Positions 28,192-38,890 of a DNA stretch of 64,000 nt are shown here, piece by piece. Source of the stretch: a virus (taxonomy: Duplodnaviria; Heunggongvirae; Uroviricota; Caudoviricetes); IMG/VR virus record IMGVR_UViG_3300037418_003103, one strand, 5' to 3'. A program made the position numbers and the translations under genes. How positions within the stretch are numbered: position 1 is the stretch's first letter; every line of letters begins with the position of its first letter. Under the pieces are notes generated by a model, which was not told where the DNA came from, did no database searches, and worked only from the letters and a program-made list of their open reading frames with translations.

Positions 28192-29316
28192 ATGAAATTT
28201 GATTTTGATGATATAGTAATAGTACCTGAAACTATCAGTTCTATTAATTCAAGAAGTGAAGTAAATCCTTTTGATGAAAATGGAATGTTGCCTATTATGA
28301 CGGCTCCAATGGATACAGTGGTAGATTACAACAATTTTAAATGTTTTGTTGATAATAAAATAAATGTTGTAATGCCAAGAATGAACTCAAAAACATTTCA
28401 TAGTAGTAACAAAATTATTTTTCATTCTTTTGGTTTAAATGATTTTAAAGAAATTTATATAGATAAAGTTGTTATTAATCCTGACAATGGGCCTATATAT
28501 GTTCTTATAGATATCGCTAATGGTAATATGTCTAATTTATTTTCAATTGCAAATGAGGCAAAAAATAAGTATGGAAATGAATTAGTTCTAATGATTGGAA
28601 ATGTGGCTAATCCAAAAACTTTTGAAGAATGGTGTAAAGTAGGAGTTGATTATGTTAGATGCGGGATAGGAAATGGAAATGGTTGTCTTACAACTGCAAA
28701 TGTAGGAGTAGGTTATCCAATGGGTTCATTAATCAATGAATGTTTTAAAATAAAACAAAAAAATAATTATAAAACTAAAATTGTAGCAGATGGCGGCTTT
28801 AAAAATTATTCTGATATAAACAAAGCATTAGCATTAGGCGCTGATTATGTAATGCTTGGATCAATGTTGAATAAATGTTATGAGGCTGCTGGCGAAATTT
28901 ATACGCCTTATATGTGTGGTAATTGGGATAATTTTACAAAAGAATGGTGGGAAGAAAACGAAAAAAGATTACATAAAAAACCTAGTAAATTTCCACAATG
29001 GTTAACAGAATATTTTTTAATGGATGAAGAGGAACAAAAAAAATATTTAGTTAATAATAACGATAATTTATATAAAAAATTTCGAGGTATGTCAACAAAA
29101 GAAGTTCAAAGAGATTGGGGAAGAGAAGAATTAAAAACTTCAGAAGGAATAAGTAAATATAATAAAGTAGAATATACCATTAAAGGTTTTACTGAAAATT
29201 TAACGGATTACTTACGTTCAGCAATGAGTTATACCAATTCTCTTACTTTAGATGAATTTAAAGGATCTCAATTTGAATTAATTTCAGAAAACGCTTTTAA
29301 AAGATTTAATAAATGA
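28192..29316 (+). CDS. IMP dehydrogenase/GMP reductase family protein (no CBS domain)
   Basis: FDDIVIVP, TAPMDTV, IDIANG, GIGNGNGCLT (catalytic Cys), VADGG, ALGADYVMLGS, FRGMST, LRSAMSY. Confidence 0.9.
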   Translation: MKFDFDDIVIVPETISSINSRSEVNPFDENGMLPIMTAPMDTVVDYNNFKCFVDNKINVVMPRMNSKTFHSSNKIIFHSFGLNDFKEIYIDKVVINPDNGPIYVLIDIANGNMSNLFSIANEAKNKYGNELVLMIGNVANPKTFEEWCKVGVDYVRCGIGNGNGCLTTANVGVGYPMGSLINECFKIKQKNNYKTKIVADGGFKNYSDINKALALGADYVMLGSMLNKCYEAAGEIYTPYMCGNWDNFTKEWWEENEKRLHKKPSKFPQWLTEYFLMDEEEQKKYLVNNNDNLYKKFRGMSTKEVQRDWGREELKTSEGISKYNKVEYTIKGFTENLTDYLRSAMSYTNSLTLDEFKGSQFELISENAFKRFNK

Positions 29317-29672
29317 CGACAAAATTAGAATTAACTATTTTAAATTTAGAAAACTTATTTAGCATATCAGTTTATGATAAAACATCATCTTGTATAAGTT
29401 TTAAAAAAGAAATAAGAAGAAAATTATGGTATGGTAAAGAGATAATCACTCCTGAAGGATATTATGGAAAATTTACGGATATAAAATACTCTGAAGAGGA
29501 GTTAGAAGATTATTTAATCGAAAATGATATCGTTTATAGTAAGCCTTATATTAATTTGATGTATCAAGACAAAAAAAAAGTTATTATTAAATTTAATACT
29601 TTAGACGAAGCAAAAAAATGGGCTAATGAGGCTTCAATCCATATTAATAAAAGACTTACAATAAATAAATAA
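29313..29672 (+). CDS. Hypothetical protein
   Basis: ATGA overlap with the upstream gene. Confidence 0.6.
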   Translation: MTTKLELTILNLENLFSISVYDKTSSCISFKKEIRRKLWYGKEIITPEGYYGKFTDIKYSEEELEDYLIENDIVYSKPYINLMYQDKKKVIIKFNTLDEAKKWANEASIHINKRLTINK

Positions 29673-29682
29673 ATTTTTTATA

Positions 29683-30081
29683 ATGAAAGGAATATTGGCC
29701 GTAAATAATTTGGGAATCATTGGGAAAGGAGACTCCATCCCATGGAGATGTAATGAAGATTTAAAGCATTTCAAAGAAATGACAATGGGGTGTAATTGTC
29801 TTGTTGGCAGAAAGACATATGAATCACTACCACCACTTAAGGGAAGAAATTTAATAATTGTGGGCAAGGGTTATTTTACAAATATTGAAGAGGCGATTAA
29901 TAGCGTTGATAAAATTGACTGGGTTATCGGCGGCAAAAGCATATACGAGCAAACATGTCATCTCTGGGATGAATTACATCTTTCAGCAATTAATGACAAT
30001 ACTGAAGGAGATGTTGATCTTCCTGACCTTAGAAACTTTACTGGCGAGACATTTTATTATGTCTTCGATCCTAATAAATAA
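29683..30081 (+). CDS. folA: Dihydrofolate reductase
   Basis: IIGKGDSIPW, EDLKHFKEMT, VGRKTYESL, PLKGR, VIGGKSIY. Confidence 0.95.
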   Translation: MKGILAVNNLGIIGKGDSIPWRCNEDLKHFKEMTMGCNCLVGRKTYESLPPLKGRNLIIVGKGYFTNIEEAINSVDKIDWVIGGKSIYEQTCHLWDELHLSAINDNTEGDVDLPDLRNFTGETFYYVFDPNK

Positions 30082-30096
30082 AACAAAAATTCATAA

Positions 30097-31752
30097 ATGA
30101 TTACAATAGGATTCTCTACAAGAGAACACAATTCTGAATACATTACGCATTTGAAAAAAACTTGTGCTGTAGGTGATAAAAATGTTGAGGTAATTGAAAT
30201 AATTAATACTGGAGATAAATCGCTAACCGAATGTTATAACAAAATACTTCATGAGGCAAAAAATGATATGGTTGTATTTGTTCATGATGATGTGATTATA
30301 GAAACTGCTTCCTGGGGAAGTAAGCTTATTAAACTATTTAAAGATAATCCTACTTATGGAATTATAGGCGTAGCGGGTACAAAATTTCTTCATGAGTCAG
30401 GAAAATGGTGGGAAAAGCCAAAAAAAATGTATGGCCGAGTAAAACACACTCTTAACGGAAAAACTTGGCTTTCTGCATATAGTCCTGATTTATCAAATAT
30501 AATTGAAGATGTAGTGGTTGTGGATGGTGTTTTATTTGCAGTGAATAAAAATAGGATCAAAGCTGATTTTGATGAAAACGTAAAAGGATTCCATTTTTAT
30601 GATGTTAATTTTTGCTTTAGAAATTTTTTAGAGGGTGTTGGCGTTGGGGTAACAACAAAACTTAAAATAATCCATAAATCAATCGGACAAATAGGCCCTG
30701 AATGGGAGGCAAATAGAAAGTTATTTGCAGAGGAGTTCAAGGACTCACTACCAGTCAGTGTAAAACGTGTCATTCGTAAGAATGAGAAATTAAAGGTAAT
30801 GATAGGATGCCTTAGTTTTAAAGATTTTACAGGCTCTGAGCTATATGTATACGAGCTGGCAAAAGGTCTCATCAAAGAGGGCTGCGAAGTTAGTATTTGC
30901 TCAAATATTGGAGACCCACTGTTAAGCATGGCGGTTAAATTAGGCATAAAGGTTTATCCATTAAGTGAACCACCTAGTTATAAATTAGGAGACGGAAAAT
31001 GGCTTTTAAAAGGATACAACGGAGCCACCGAAGTATCTAAAGAAAAGATGCTTTATAAAGTTAATAATACAAACTTTGATATCATTCATTTGAATCATAA
31101 GCCTGTTGCTGAACATCTTATTAAATTGTTTCCTGAAACGCCTATGGTATATAGTATTCATTCAGAAATACTTAGTTTAGAGGAGCCAGTTGTTTCACCT
31201 CAAATTAAAAAATATATTACGATTAGGCCAGAAATAACTGAGTATATTTCAACAAATTTCAATATAAACAAAGAAGATATTGAACTGATTTATAATCCAG
31301 TTGATTCGACTAGATTTAAAGTTAGAAAAGCTATGCCTAAGAGAGAAAAAAAACGAATTTTATTTGTTGGAACAATAGATTACTTACGTAAACAAACAAT
31401 AAATGATCTTATAGAAACAACCAGGACGGATAATAAAGAATTGTGGATTGTCGGTAGAAAGAATGATACTTATTTAGATAGTATGATTGATAATGAGAGC
31501 CATGTTAAATACTTTGAACCAACATTTGCCATAGAGAATTATATCCATGAGTGTGATGAGGTTGCAGGAATTTTATTGGGGAGAACGACAATAGAAGGAT
31601 GGATGTGTGGAAAACCCGCTTGGATTTATAACGTTGATCCTAATGGAAATATCATAAATAAAAAATTGGTTAATGTACCTGAAGATGTGAATAAGTTTAA
31701 TGCTTCTGAGGTAGTATCAAAAATAATAAAAATATACGAAGAATCTATCTAA
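30097..31752 (+). CDS. Bifunctional glycosyltransferase (N-terminal GT2-like GT-A plus C-terminal GT4-like GT-B)
   Basis: VFVHDDV, VDGVLFA, FDE...FHFYDV; then FTGSELYVYELA, IYNPVD, ILLGRTTIEG. Confidence 0.85.
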   Translation: MITIGFSTREHNSEYITHLKKTCAVGDKNVEVIEIINTGDKSLTECYNKILHEAKNDMVVFVHDDVIIETASWGSKLIKLFKDNPTYGIIGVAGTKFLHESGKWWEKPKKMYGRVKHTLNGKTWLSAYSPDLSNIIEDVVVVDGVLFAVNKNRIKADFDENVKGFHFYDVNFCFRNFLEGVGVGVTTKLKIIHKSIGQIGPEWEANRKLFAEEFKDSLPVSVKRVIRKNEKLKVMIGCLSFKDFTGSELYVYELAKGLIKEGCEVSICSNIGDPLLSMAVKLGIKVYPLSEPPSYKLGDGKWLLKGYNGATEVSKEKMLYKVNNTNFDIIHLNHKPVAEHLIKLFPETPMVYSIHSEILSLEEPVVSPQIKKYITIRPEITEYISTNFNINKEDIELIYNPVDSTRFKVRKAMPKREKKRILFVGTIDYLRKQTINDLIETTRTDNKELWIVGRKNDTYLDSMIDNESHVKYFEPTFAIENYIHECDEVAGILLGRTTIEGWMCGKPAWIYNVDPNGNIINKKLVNVPEDVNKFNASEVVSKIIKIYEESI

Positions 31753-31760
31753 ATAATACT

Positions 31761-32489
31761 ATGAGCGATATTACTGTTATTTTAAATGGATATAAACGAC
31801 CTCAATTTCTTGAAACACAGCTTCAGCACATAAATAAACAAACTATTAAGCCAAAAGAAATAATGTTTTGGCAGAATGGGTATGAAGAATTTGATTCTCA
31901 AATTACTAGCAAGATGAAATCTGCAGTCTGTAATGCTAATTTAGGCGTTTGGGCTAGATTTGCTTACGCTCTTAATGCAAGAACTGAATATATATGCATA
32001 TTTGATGACGATACATTTCCTGGCAAAAGATGGTTAGAGAATTGCATTGATACAATGAAAACACATGAAGGCTTATTAGGAACTATCGGCCTTATATATC
32101 AGTCTAAGAATTCTTATCATCCAATCACTAGGTTTGGATGGGATAATCCAAATGAAGCCGTTGTTAAAGTGGATATAGTTGGACATGCGTGGTTCTTTAA
32201 AAGAGAGTGGCTATCAGCATTTTGGCGGGAATTACCACCAACTGATTTGACGCTTGTTGGAGAGGACATGCATTTTTCCTTTATGATACAAAAATATTTG
32301 GGGCTCAATACCTATGTGCCACCTCATCCAGTTAACAACAGGGATCTTTGGGGTAGTCTTAACGGATGGAATTTAGGAAGAGAAGCAAACGCTATCTCAT
32401 TAGTGCCAAGAAATATAAATCTAATGGATTCTTATTTTAAAGAATTAGTAAAAAGAGGATTTAAACTGATTAATGATGACCAAATTTAA
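31761..32489 (+). CDS. Glycosyltransferase, GT-A (GT2-like)
   Basis: ITVILNGYKR, ICIFDDD, GEDMHFS. Confidence 0.85.
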   Translation: MSDITVILNGYKRPQFLETQLQHINKQTIKPKEIMFWQNGYEEFDSQITSKMKSAVCNANLGVWARFAYALNARTEYICIFDDDTFPGKRWLENCIDTMKTHEGLLGTIGLIYQSKNSYHPITRFGWDNPNEAVVKVDIVGHAWFFKREWLSAFWRELPPTDLTLVGEDMHFSFMIQKYLGLNTYVPPHPVNNRDLWGSLNGWNLGREANAISLVPRNINLMDSYFKELVKRGFKLINDDQI

Positions 32490-33195
32490 AGAGGATTTTA
32501 ATCGTTTTTGGGAAATGATTAATGATGGAAATAATTTCTCTCTGGCCAGGTATGCTGATGGAGAAGTTTTGCTTATGACAAACGCTGGTGTGAGAAGCCA
32601 AACCCAGGCTTTTATGGTTGATAAATGGATGGCTACATCTGGTATTACTAAGGTAGGTACTGATCTTATGGCTACTCTGAATCACACTGAATCTGATTAC
32701 TATTACGCTATTTCCGCTAAGAATGACCATATGGGTGATTACACATTTCTTTATAATACTATAGCGCAAGATAAGAAAAATATAACTTTTGTTAATTTGT
32801 GGATCAATGCCAATTATAACCAAATGAAGGATAATTTATGCTCATTAAAGAGAGATGTTATTTTGATTTGTAATCAAAAAGGGCGTGTTAATAATTATCC
32901 GTTTAAAGTATCTGATTTAATTCCTTTTCCAGACGACTGTGTTAATTTTTGGGAATCAAATGGTTATGAGTATACTGAGTATTTAAAAGATAAATTTAAA
33001 TCAATAACGAATCAATTAGTTTTTATATCCTGTGGGCCTATTTCAGAAATAATAATACATGAGTTGTACTTACTAAATAATAAAAATTCATATATAGATG
33101 TCGGATCTTCAATTGACGAATATACTCATGGGTATAAAACACGTCCATATATGATAAACGGGAGCTATTACAATAAATTAATTTCTGAATTCTAA
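32473..33195 (+). CDS. GT-D fold (DUF1792-like) putative glycosyltransferase
   Basis: FSLARYADGE, FISCGP and IDVGS are typical GT-D motifs. Confidence 0.65.
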   Translation: MMTKFKEDFNRFWEMINDGNNFSLARYADGEVLLMTNAGVRSQTQAFMVDKWMATSGITKVGTDLMATLNHTESDYYYAISAKNDHMGDYTFLYNTIAQDKKNITFVNLWINANYNQMKDNLCSLKRDVILICNQKGRVNNYPFKVSDLIPFPDDCVNFWESNGYEYTEYLKDKFKSITNQLVFISCGPISEIIIHELYLLNNKNSYIDVGSSIDEYTHGYKTRPYMINGSYYNKLISEF

Positions 33196-33197
33196 CA

Positions 33198-33884
33198 ATG
33201 GAAAAACTTAGCCTTTTAACTTATACTCATTCTAAATGTGAACAATTACACTATCCATATTTCAAAAGGCTTGAAAAATATTTTCCTGATTTAAAAAATA
33301 ATTTTGTTACTTCAAATAAACCAGTTAAGCAAGGGAATAATATATTATACAATGATACTGATCCCTATTCCACGCACATTATTAACTCCTTAAAATTAAT
33401 ACCTACAGATTATATTTTATATTGTCAGGAGGATTATATTCTTTTTGATTATGTATTATCAAATGATTTGATAAATTTAACTAATTTAATGGAAGGAAAT
33501 CAGTTTATCTCTTTTATCAGATTGATAGATAGCGGTATTGAAGGGAATAGAGTTTTGTTTAACCCATCTTTATTATATATTAATCCAGATTCAGAATATT
33601 TTTTTTCTACTCAGGCAACAATTTGGAGACGTACAGAATTAATAAAAATGTTTGAATTATCCAGGGCCAAATCAATATTCGACGAACCATATAATTCAAA
33701 ATTTTTAAAAGAAATAGGTGCGGTTGGCTTATGTTCTCTTAAAAGAGGTAATAAAGTTGGCAGCCATTATAACTCTTTAATTTATCCATATATTGCCACA
33801 GCCAAGGTTAAAGGAAAATGGAATTTTGAAGAATATAATAATGAATTAAACTGTCTGTTTAATGAGTATGATATCAAAGAATAA
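33198..33884 (+). CDS. Putative GT-A-like glycan biosynthesis protein
   Basis: YILYCQEDY, FIRL, STQATIWR; cluster context. Confidence 0.55.
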   Translation: MEKLSLLTYTHSKCEQLHYPYFKRLEKYFPDLKNNFVTSNKPVKQGNNILYNDTDPYSTHIINSLKLIPTDYILYCQEDYILFDYVLSNDLINLTNLMEGNQFISFIRLIDSGIEGNRVLFNPSLLYINPDSEYFFSTQATIWRRTELIKMFELSRAKSIFDEPYNSKFLKEIGAVGLCSLKRGNKVGSHYNSLIYPYIATAKVKGKWNFEEYNNELNCLFNEYDIKE

Positions 33885-34539
33885 ATTGGCGGTGGTAATT
33901 CAAGGGCCATCATGTAATGTTATACAACAAAAAAATGCTTGGAACGGTTTTCATATAGTTTTCTCCACCTGGAAGGGAGAAGAAGATAAGTATAAAGCGT
34001 CCGATAATGTAATATTTAATGAACTACCTTCTATTCCTGGTCCAGCAAATTTTAATTTTCAGATTTTATCCACTCTAAATGGATTATTAAATTTGAAAGA
34101 TTCTGGCTATACGCATGCTTTAAAAATAAGAAGTGATTTGATCCCAACGAATGCCAATAAATTTATTAAACTACTAGACGCCGAATCATTTAATTTTTTA
34201 TGTTGGCATGAACACGAGGTTTATCCATCTTGCCCTGGTTATTTAGTAGATTATTTGTGCGCTGGATCAATTGAGGACATGATTAATCTATGGAGCATTA
34301 CTGATATTTTTGCTATCGTGCCTGAGGTAGTATTAACATGGAATTATATCATTAAATTTAAATATAGAAATGTTTCATATTTTCTTGATTCTTTGTGCGA
34401 CGATAATGATTTACTTTGGATTAAGAATAACCTATTATTATCTTCATATAAGCAAAGTGATAAATACGATAAGTATAAAAAATTTGATTTTTCGAGCTCA
34501 ATTGACTCTTTAAACGAAGGTTATTTAAAATTTTTATAA
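33862..34539 (+). CDS. WavE-like polysaccharide synthesis protein
   Basis: AVVIQGP, VFSTW, NFNFQILSTLNGL, ALKIRSD. Confidence 0.7.
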   Translation: MSMISKNKLAVVIQGPSCNVIQQKNAWNGFHIVFSTWKGEEDKYKASDNVIFNELPSIPGPANFNFQILSTLNGLLNLKDSGYTHALKIRSDLIPTNANKFIKLLDAESFNFLCWHEHEVYPSCPGYLVDYLCAGSIEDMINLWSITDIFAIVPEVVLTWNYIIKFKYRNVSYFLDSLCDDNDLLWIKNNLLLSSYKQSDKYDKYKKFDFSSSIDSLNEGYLKFL

Positions 34540-34541
34540 AA

Positions 34542-35906
34542 GTGATTAAGTTAATTATTTTTGATTTGGATGGAGTGCTGGTTGATATAAAAAGCACACA
34601 TTATCATTGTCTAAATAAAGCGTTAGAAGATGTAGATAAAAAGTTTGTTATAAACTGGACAGATCACTTGAGTAAATTTGATGGGCTTAAAACAAAACAG
34701 AAGTTAGAATTATTAACAATTGAAAGAGGGTTACCTATTGAACAGCACACAAAAATTTTCGAAAAAAAGCAAATAGGCACATTAGAAGCTATTAAAAAAA
34801 TAAAAAAATCAGAAGAACTAAAATTCGTGTTATCTAATTTCGAGAAAGATGGCTACAAAATTGCATGCTGTTCAAATTCGGTTAGAAAAACAGTTATAAC
34901 TGCGTTATCAAAATTAGGGGTTATAGAACATTTCGATATGATAATATCGAATGAGGATGTAAATAATGGGAAACCACATCCCGAAATGTATTGGAAAGCC
35001 ATAAGCAGCTTTAAGCTACAGCCCGAAGAAGTTTTGATAATCGAGGACTCGCCTAACGGATTACTTGCGGCACATCGCAGTTCGGCCAATGTTATGCGTG
35101 TATCTAATTCAAAAGAGATTACTTATACAAATATATGCGAGGCCATCAATAGTATTAATAATTCGCTTGTAGTTCCCAAATGGAGGAATAAAAAATTAAA
35201 TGTTTTAATCCCCATGGCAGGGGCAGGATCAAGATTTGAACTAGCTGGTTTTAAAAAGCCTAAGCCGTTAATTGATGTTAACGGCAGTCCAATGATTAAG
35301 GTTGTCACTGAAAATCTTAATATAGAAGCTAATTTTATATATATTGTTCAGAGTGCCCACTATGATAAGTATAATTTAGAGGAATTATTACCCTTAATAT
35401 CTCCATCTTGCAAGATAATAAAAGTAGATGGATTAACTGAGGGCGCAGCGTGTACAAGCCTCTTAGCTAAAGATTATATTAATAATGATAACCCGCTATT
35501 AATAGCAAATTCAGATCAATTTATTGAATGGGATTCGAACCAATTTTTTTATAAAATGCATGAAACCGATGCTGATGGAGGAATTGTTACTTTTAAAGCA
35601 ATAGAGCCAAAATGGTCTTTTGCAAGAGTGAATAAAAAGGGACTAATAATTGAGGTAGCCGAAAAGCGTCCTATTTCATCAGACGCAACAGCAGGCGTTT
35701 ATTATTGGAAGAACGGATGTGATTATGTCAAGTATGCTGTTCAAATGATAGAGAAGAACATTAGAACCAATAACGAATTTTATATTTGTCCTGTTTTTAA
35801 CGAAGCTATAAGGGATAATAAGAAAATATATAATTATCCAATAAATAGAATGCATGGGCTTGGAACTCCAGAAGATTTAAAAAATTATTTAGAAAAATTA
35901 TTATGA
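34542..35906 (+). CDS. Fused HAD phosphatase and sugar-phosphate nucleotidyltransferase
   Basis: IIFDLDGVL, CSNS, KPHPE, IEDS; then LIPMAGAGSRF..PKPLI, ANSDQ, VAEK, GLGTPEDL. Confidence 0.9.
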   Translation: MIKLIIFDLDGVLVDIKSTHYHCLNKALEDVDKKFVINWTDHLSKFDGLKTKQKLELLTIERGLPIEQHTKIFEKKQIGTLEAIKKIKKSEELKFVLSNFEKDGYKIACCSNSVRKTVITALSKLGVIEHFDMIISNEDVNNGKPHPEMYWKAISSFKLQPEEVLIIEDSPNGLLAAHRSSANVMRVSNSKEITYTNICEAINSINNSLVVPKWRNKKLNVLIPMAGAGSRFELAGFKKPKPLIDVNGSPMIKVVTENLNIEANFIYIVQSAHYDKYNLEELLPLISPSCKIIKVDGLTEGAACTSLLAKDYINNDNPLLIANSDQFIEWDSNQFFYKMHETDADGGIVTFKAIEPKWSFARVNKKGLIIEVAEKRPISSDATAGVYYWKNGCDYVKYAVQMIEKNIRTNNEFYICPVFNEAIRDNKKIYNYPINRMHGLGTPEDLKNYLEKLL

Positions 35907-36505
35907 GTAAAAAAATATTTGTAGAAGTTGGAGCTAACACAGGAAGTGATAGCGATAAATTTGTTACCGAAGACTCATTACTTTTTTGTTTTGAGCCCGC
36001 AATGGAACTAGCTTATAAATTATGGGAAAAATACAAAAGAAAAAATGTTATAGTTTTACCATTTGCTGTAGATAAAGAAAATGCAATTAAACAATTTAAT
36101 ATTTCAGGTACGATTAATTGGGGCTGCAGTAGTTTGAACGATTTTTCACCCGACATACACGAGAAATGGGCTAATAGGCCTGACTTCATCTTCACTGATT
36201 CGTATAATGTTCCTACGATTACGCTGTATGATTTCATATCAATGTATAATATAGAAAAGATTGATTATTTATGGATTGATGCACAAGGAAGTGATTTTAA
36301 CGTTATTAAGGGCTTGGGTGATAAAATTTCTATTGTTGAAGAAGGGAAATGCGAAGCAGCTCATAAAGTAGATTTGTACCATAATGTAAACAATCATTAC
36401 ACCGATATAATAGACTATTTACACGCTAAAAATTTTGAAACTAGTATTACGTTAGACCAATCTGGATTTGGAGCTGAATGCGATGTTATATTTAAAAAGA
36501 AATGA
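35903..36505 (+). CDS. FkbM-family SAM-dependent methyltransferase
   Basis: VEVGANTG, FEP, IDYLWIDAQGSD. Confidence 0.85.
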   Translation: MSKKIFVEVGANTGSDSDKFVTEDSLLFCFEPAMELAYKLWEKYKRKNVIVLPFAVDKENAIKQFNISGTINWGCSSLNDFSPDIHEKWANRPDFIFTDSYNVPTITLYDFISMYNIEKIDYLWIDAQGSDFNVIKGLGDKISIVEEGKCEAAHKVDLYHNVNNHYTDIIDYLHAKNFETSITLDQSGFGAECDVIFKKK

Positions 36506-36936
36506 TTTTAATTGCGCATAGAGGAAATACTAACGGGCCTAATACCGTGATGGAGAATAATCCAGAGTATATTAAAGAAACTATGAAAAAGGGATTTGAT
36601 GTGGAAACAGATGTGTGGTTTGAAGATGGAGAATTTCTCCTAGGTCATAATTTTCCTTTTTATAAAGTATCGTATATTTTTTTGAAGAATGATAAATTAT
36701 GGTGTCATGCTAAGAATATATCTGCGTTGATAAAAATGTTAGAAATTGGCGGCATACACTGTTTTTGGCACGAAAATGACAAAGTCACACTGACGTCTAA
36801 AAACTACATATGGACGTATCCAGGAGAGGAGTTGACATCCAGATCAATAGCTTGTCTTCCAGAAAATAGCACTTTTAAAAATATAGAAGTATCGAAAGGC
36901 ATTTGTAGTGACTACATATTAAATTATTCATTATGA
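36502..36936 (+). CDS. GDPD/PI-PLC-like phosphodiesterase
   Basis: IAHRGN, EN, DVETDVW, LGH, WCHAKN, GICSD. Confidence 0.75.
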   Translation: MILIAHRGNTNGPNTVMENNPEYIKETMKKGFDVETDVWFEDGEFLLGHNFPFYKVSYIFLKNDKLWCHAKNISALIKMLEIGGIHCFWHENDKVTLTSKNYIWTYPGEELTSRSIACLPENSTFKNIEVSKGICSDYILNYSL

Positions 36937-37931
36937 TTCTATTAGCATACGGGACAAGGCCTGAATATATAAAAATAAAACCACTTATTAACGAGATGGC
37001 CAAGAGGAACATAAAATTTAAAACTCTTTTTACTGGTCAGCACGAGGATATTGTCGCATCAAACCCAGATCTTAGCATTTATATACCAAAAGATGGAACT
37101 AATAGGCTTGATACAATCCTATCAAGTTGTATGAATCTACCTGATGAATTCTTTAATGGTATTCAATACATATTGGTGCAAGGAGATACAACTTCTGTTG
37201 TAGGTCTTTCACTTTCGGCAATGCATAGAAAAATTAAATTAATACACATGGAAGCTGGGCTTAGGACATACGATTCAAATAATCCTTTTCCTGAAGAAAA
37301 TAATAGAAGAATAGTTTCAAGTATTGCTGATATTCACTTATGCCCAACAGAATTGAATAAAGATAATTTAATTAAAGAAAACGTAACAGGTGAAATATTT
37401 GTTGTGGGTAATACAGGTCTAGATAATCTCGTATATTTAAAGAGAGACTGCGAATATACAAATAAAGTACTTGTAACTCTTCATAGACGAGAGAATATTG
37501 AACTAATTACTGAATGGTTCGAAGAAATAAATAAGTTAGCTAAATTTCACCCTGAACTAAACTTTATTCTCCCGATGCATCCTAATCCAAAAATTAGATT
37601 GCATAGAAATATTTTAAAGTATGTAAATGTGATAGAGCCATTAAATCATTCAGAATTGCTTAGTTTACTGGTTAAGTGTAGAATAGTAATTACGGATAGT
37701 GGTGGCTTACAAGAGGAGTGTTCATTTTTGAATAAACGCTGTGTTGTTTGCAGGAAAACAACCGAAAGGCCAGAATCATTGGGTTTTAGTACAGAGTTGG
37801 TTAAATCACCTAAACAATTGCAGCATATCTTTGAGTACTGTAATGATAACCACCAAATAAATGTCGTTTCACCTTATGGTGATGGATATTCATCTATAAA
37901 AATAATAGATATATTGAGTAAATTAATTTAA
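36933..37931 (+). CDS. wecB: UDP-N-acetylglucosamine 2-epimerase (non-hydrolysing)
   Basis: GTRPEYIK, TGQH, QGDTTS, HMEAGLR, PEENNR, TLHRREN, TDSGGLQEE, PYGDG. Confidence 0.95.
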   Translation: MILLAYGTRPEYIKIKPLINEMAKRNIKFKTLFTGQHEDIVASNPDLSIYIPKDGTNRLDTILSSCMNLPDEFFNGIQYILVQGDTTSVVGLSLSAMHRKIKLIHMEAGLRTYDSNNPFPEENNRRIVSSIADIHLCPTELNKDNLIKENVTGEIFVVGNTGLDNLVYLKRDCEYTNKVLVTLHRRENIELITEWFEEINKLAKFHPELNFILPMHPNPKIRLHRNILKYVNVIEPLNHSELLSLLVKCRIVITDSGGLQEECSFLNKRCVVCRKTTERPESLGFSTELVKSPKQLQHIFEYCNDNHQINVVSPYGDGYSSIKIIDILSKLI

Positions 37932-37935
37932 ATAA

Positions 37936-38841
37936 ATGAGTATTAAAAAATGGATAGCTAGGAATATAGGCGCGTTATCTCTTGCATTTGTAAATGTACA
38001 AAATGATCTGCTCGGCCAAAAAACAAGCAATGTAGATAATAATATTTCTGTTGAGAAAAAGCAAACGGCCAACAGTCTTGCAGAGGGGTTGATTAAAGGG
38101 GAAATAAATATGGAGGTAAGAAATTTAAGATGGAGAATGTACAAGATTCTTCAAGCTTCTCAAGGGAACATTTCTAAAATAGTAGGATATGAGAAAGATG
38201 AAAATGGCAATACTGTACCTATTACAAAAACAATAAAAATAGATAAAAAATTAGGCTTAAAAAATATAAAATTAGATTCTTTTGATTCATATCCGTTAGA
38301 GATGGTTATCGATAATGTACCAATAACTTTAAGCGTTGGAGAAGCCTTAGAAAAAAATAGTCACGAGCTAACTGCAGTAGAGTATTTCGCTAATACTAAA
38401 AATGAAAGGCCAATTAGCATTATACGAGAGCAGCTACCTCAATTTGAAATAGAAAATTATACTAAAAAATTAAATGTTAGAATAATAAATAATACCGATA
38501 GGCTTCTTGAATTTTGCACTAGTAAATATCCTGATCCAGACAATAGAACAAGTAATTTATTTATTGCCGAAATAAAAAAAATTTTGAATGGTAAACGATC
38601 AGGTCTTACCGAAATAGATGCTGTTGAGTTTGTAACCTTTAAAAGCATTGGCGTTGACGATTTTTTAGAGTATTCATACAAGATACTTAAATTCGATAAG
38701 ATTATTGAATATAATGGAATGTATGTCATTAAATTTGAAGGTAGAGTGGTGGTAAACGGAGAAAATATTCTTGAAAAATACAAGGAAGAAGAGTTAGATA
38801 AAAAATATGATAATAAAGAAATGAGGCAACTAACAATTTAA
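37936..38841 (+). CDS. Hypothetical protein
   Basis: 301-aa ORF with no recognisable motif. Confidence 0.65.
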   Translation: MSIKKWIARNIGALSLAFVNVQNDLLGQKTSNVDNNISVEKKQTANSLAEGLIKGEINMEVRNLRWRMYKILQASQGNISKIVGYEKDENGNTVPITKTIKIDKKLGLKNIKLDSFDSYPLEMVIDNVPITLSVGEALEKNSHELTAVEYFANTKNERPISIIREQLPQFEIENYTKKLNVRIINNTDRLLEFCTSKYPDPDNRTSNLFIAEIKKILNGKRSGLTEIDAVEFVTFKSIGVDDFLEYSYKILKFDKIIEYNGMYVIKFEGRVVVNGENILEKYKEEELDKKYDNKEMRQLTI

Positions 38842-38868
38842 ATATTAAGTTTTATTTAATGTTTATGA

Positions 38869-38875
38869 TATTTAT
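38869..38875 (+). promoter_or_regulatory. Putative late promoter TATTTAT
   Basis: 15 nt upstream of the phoH ATG. Confidence 0.5.
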
Positions 38876-38890
38876 TTAAAAAGAGACTAA

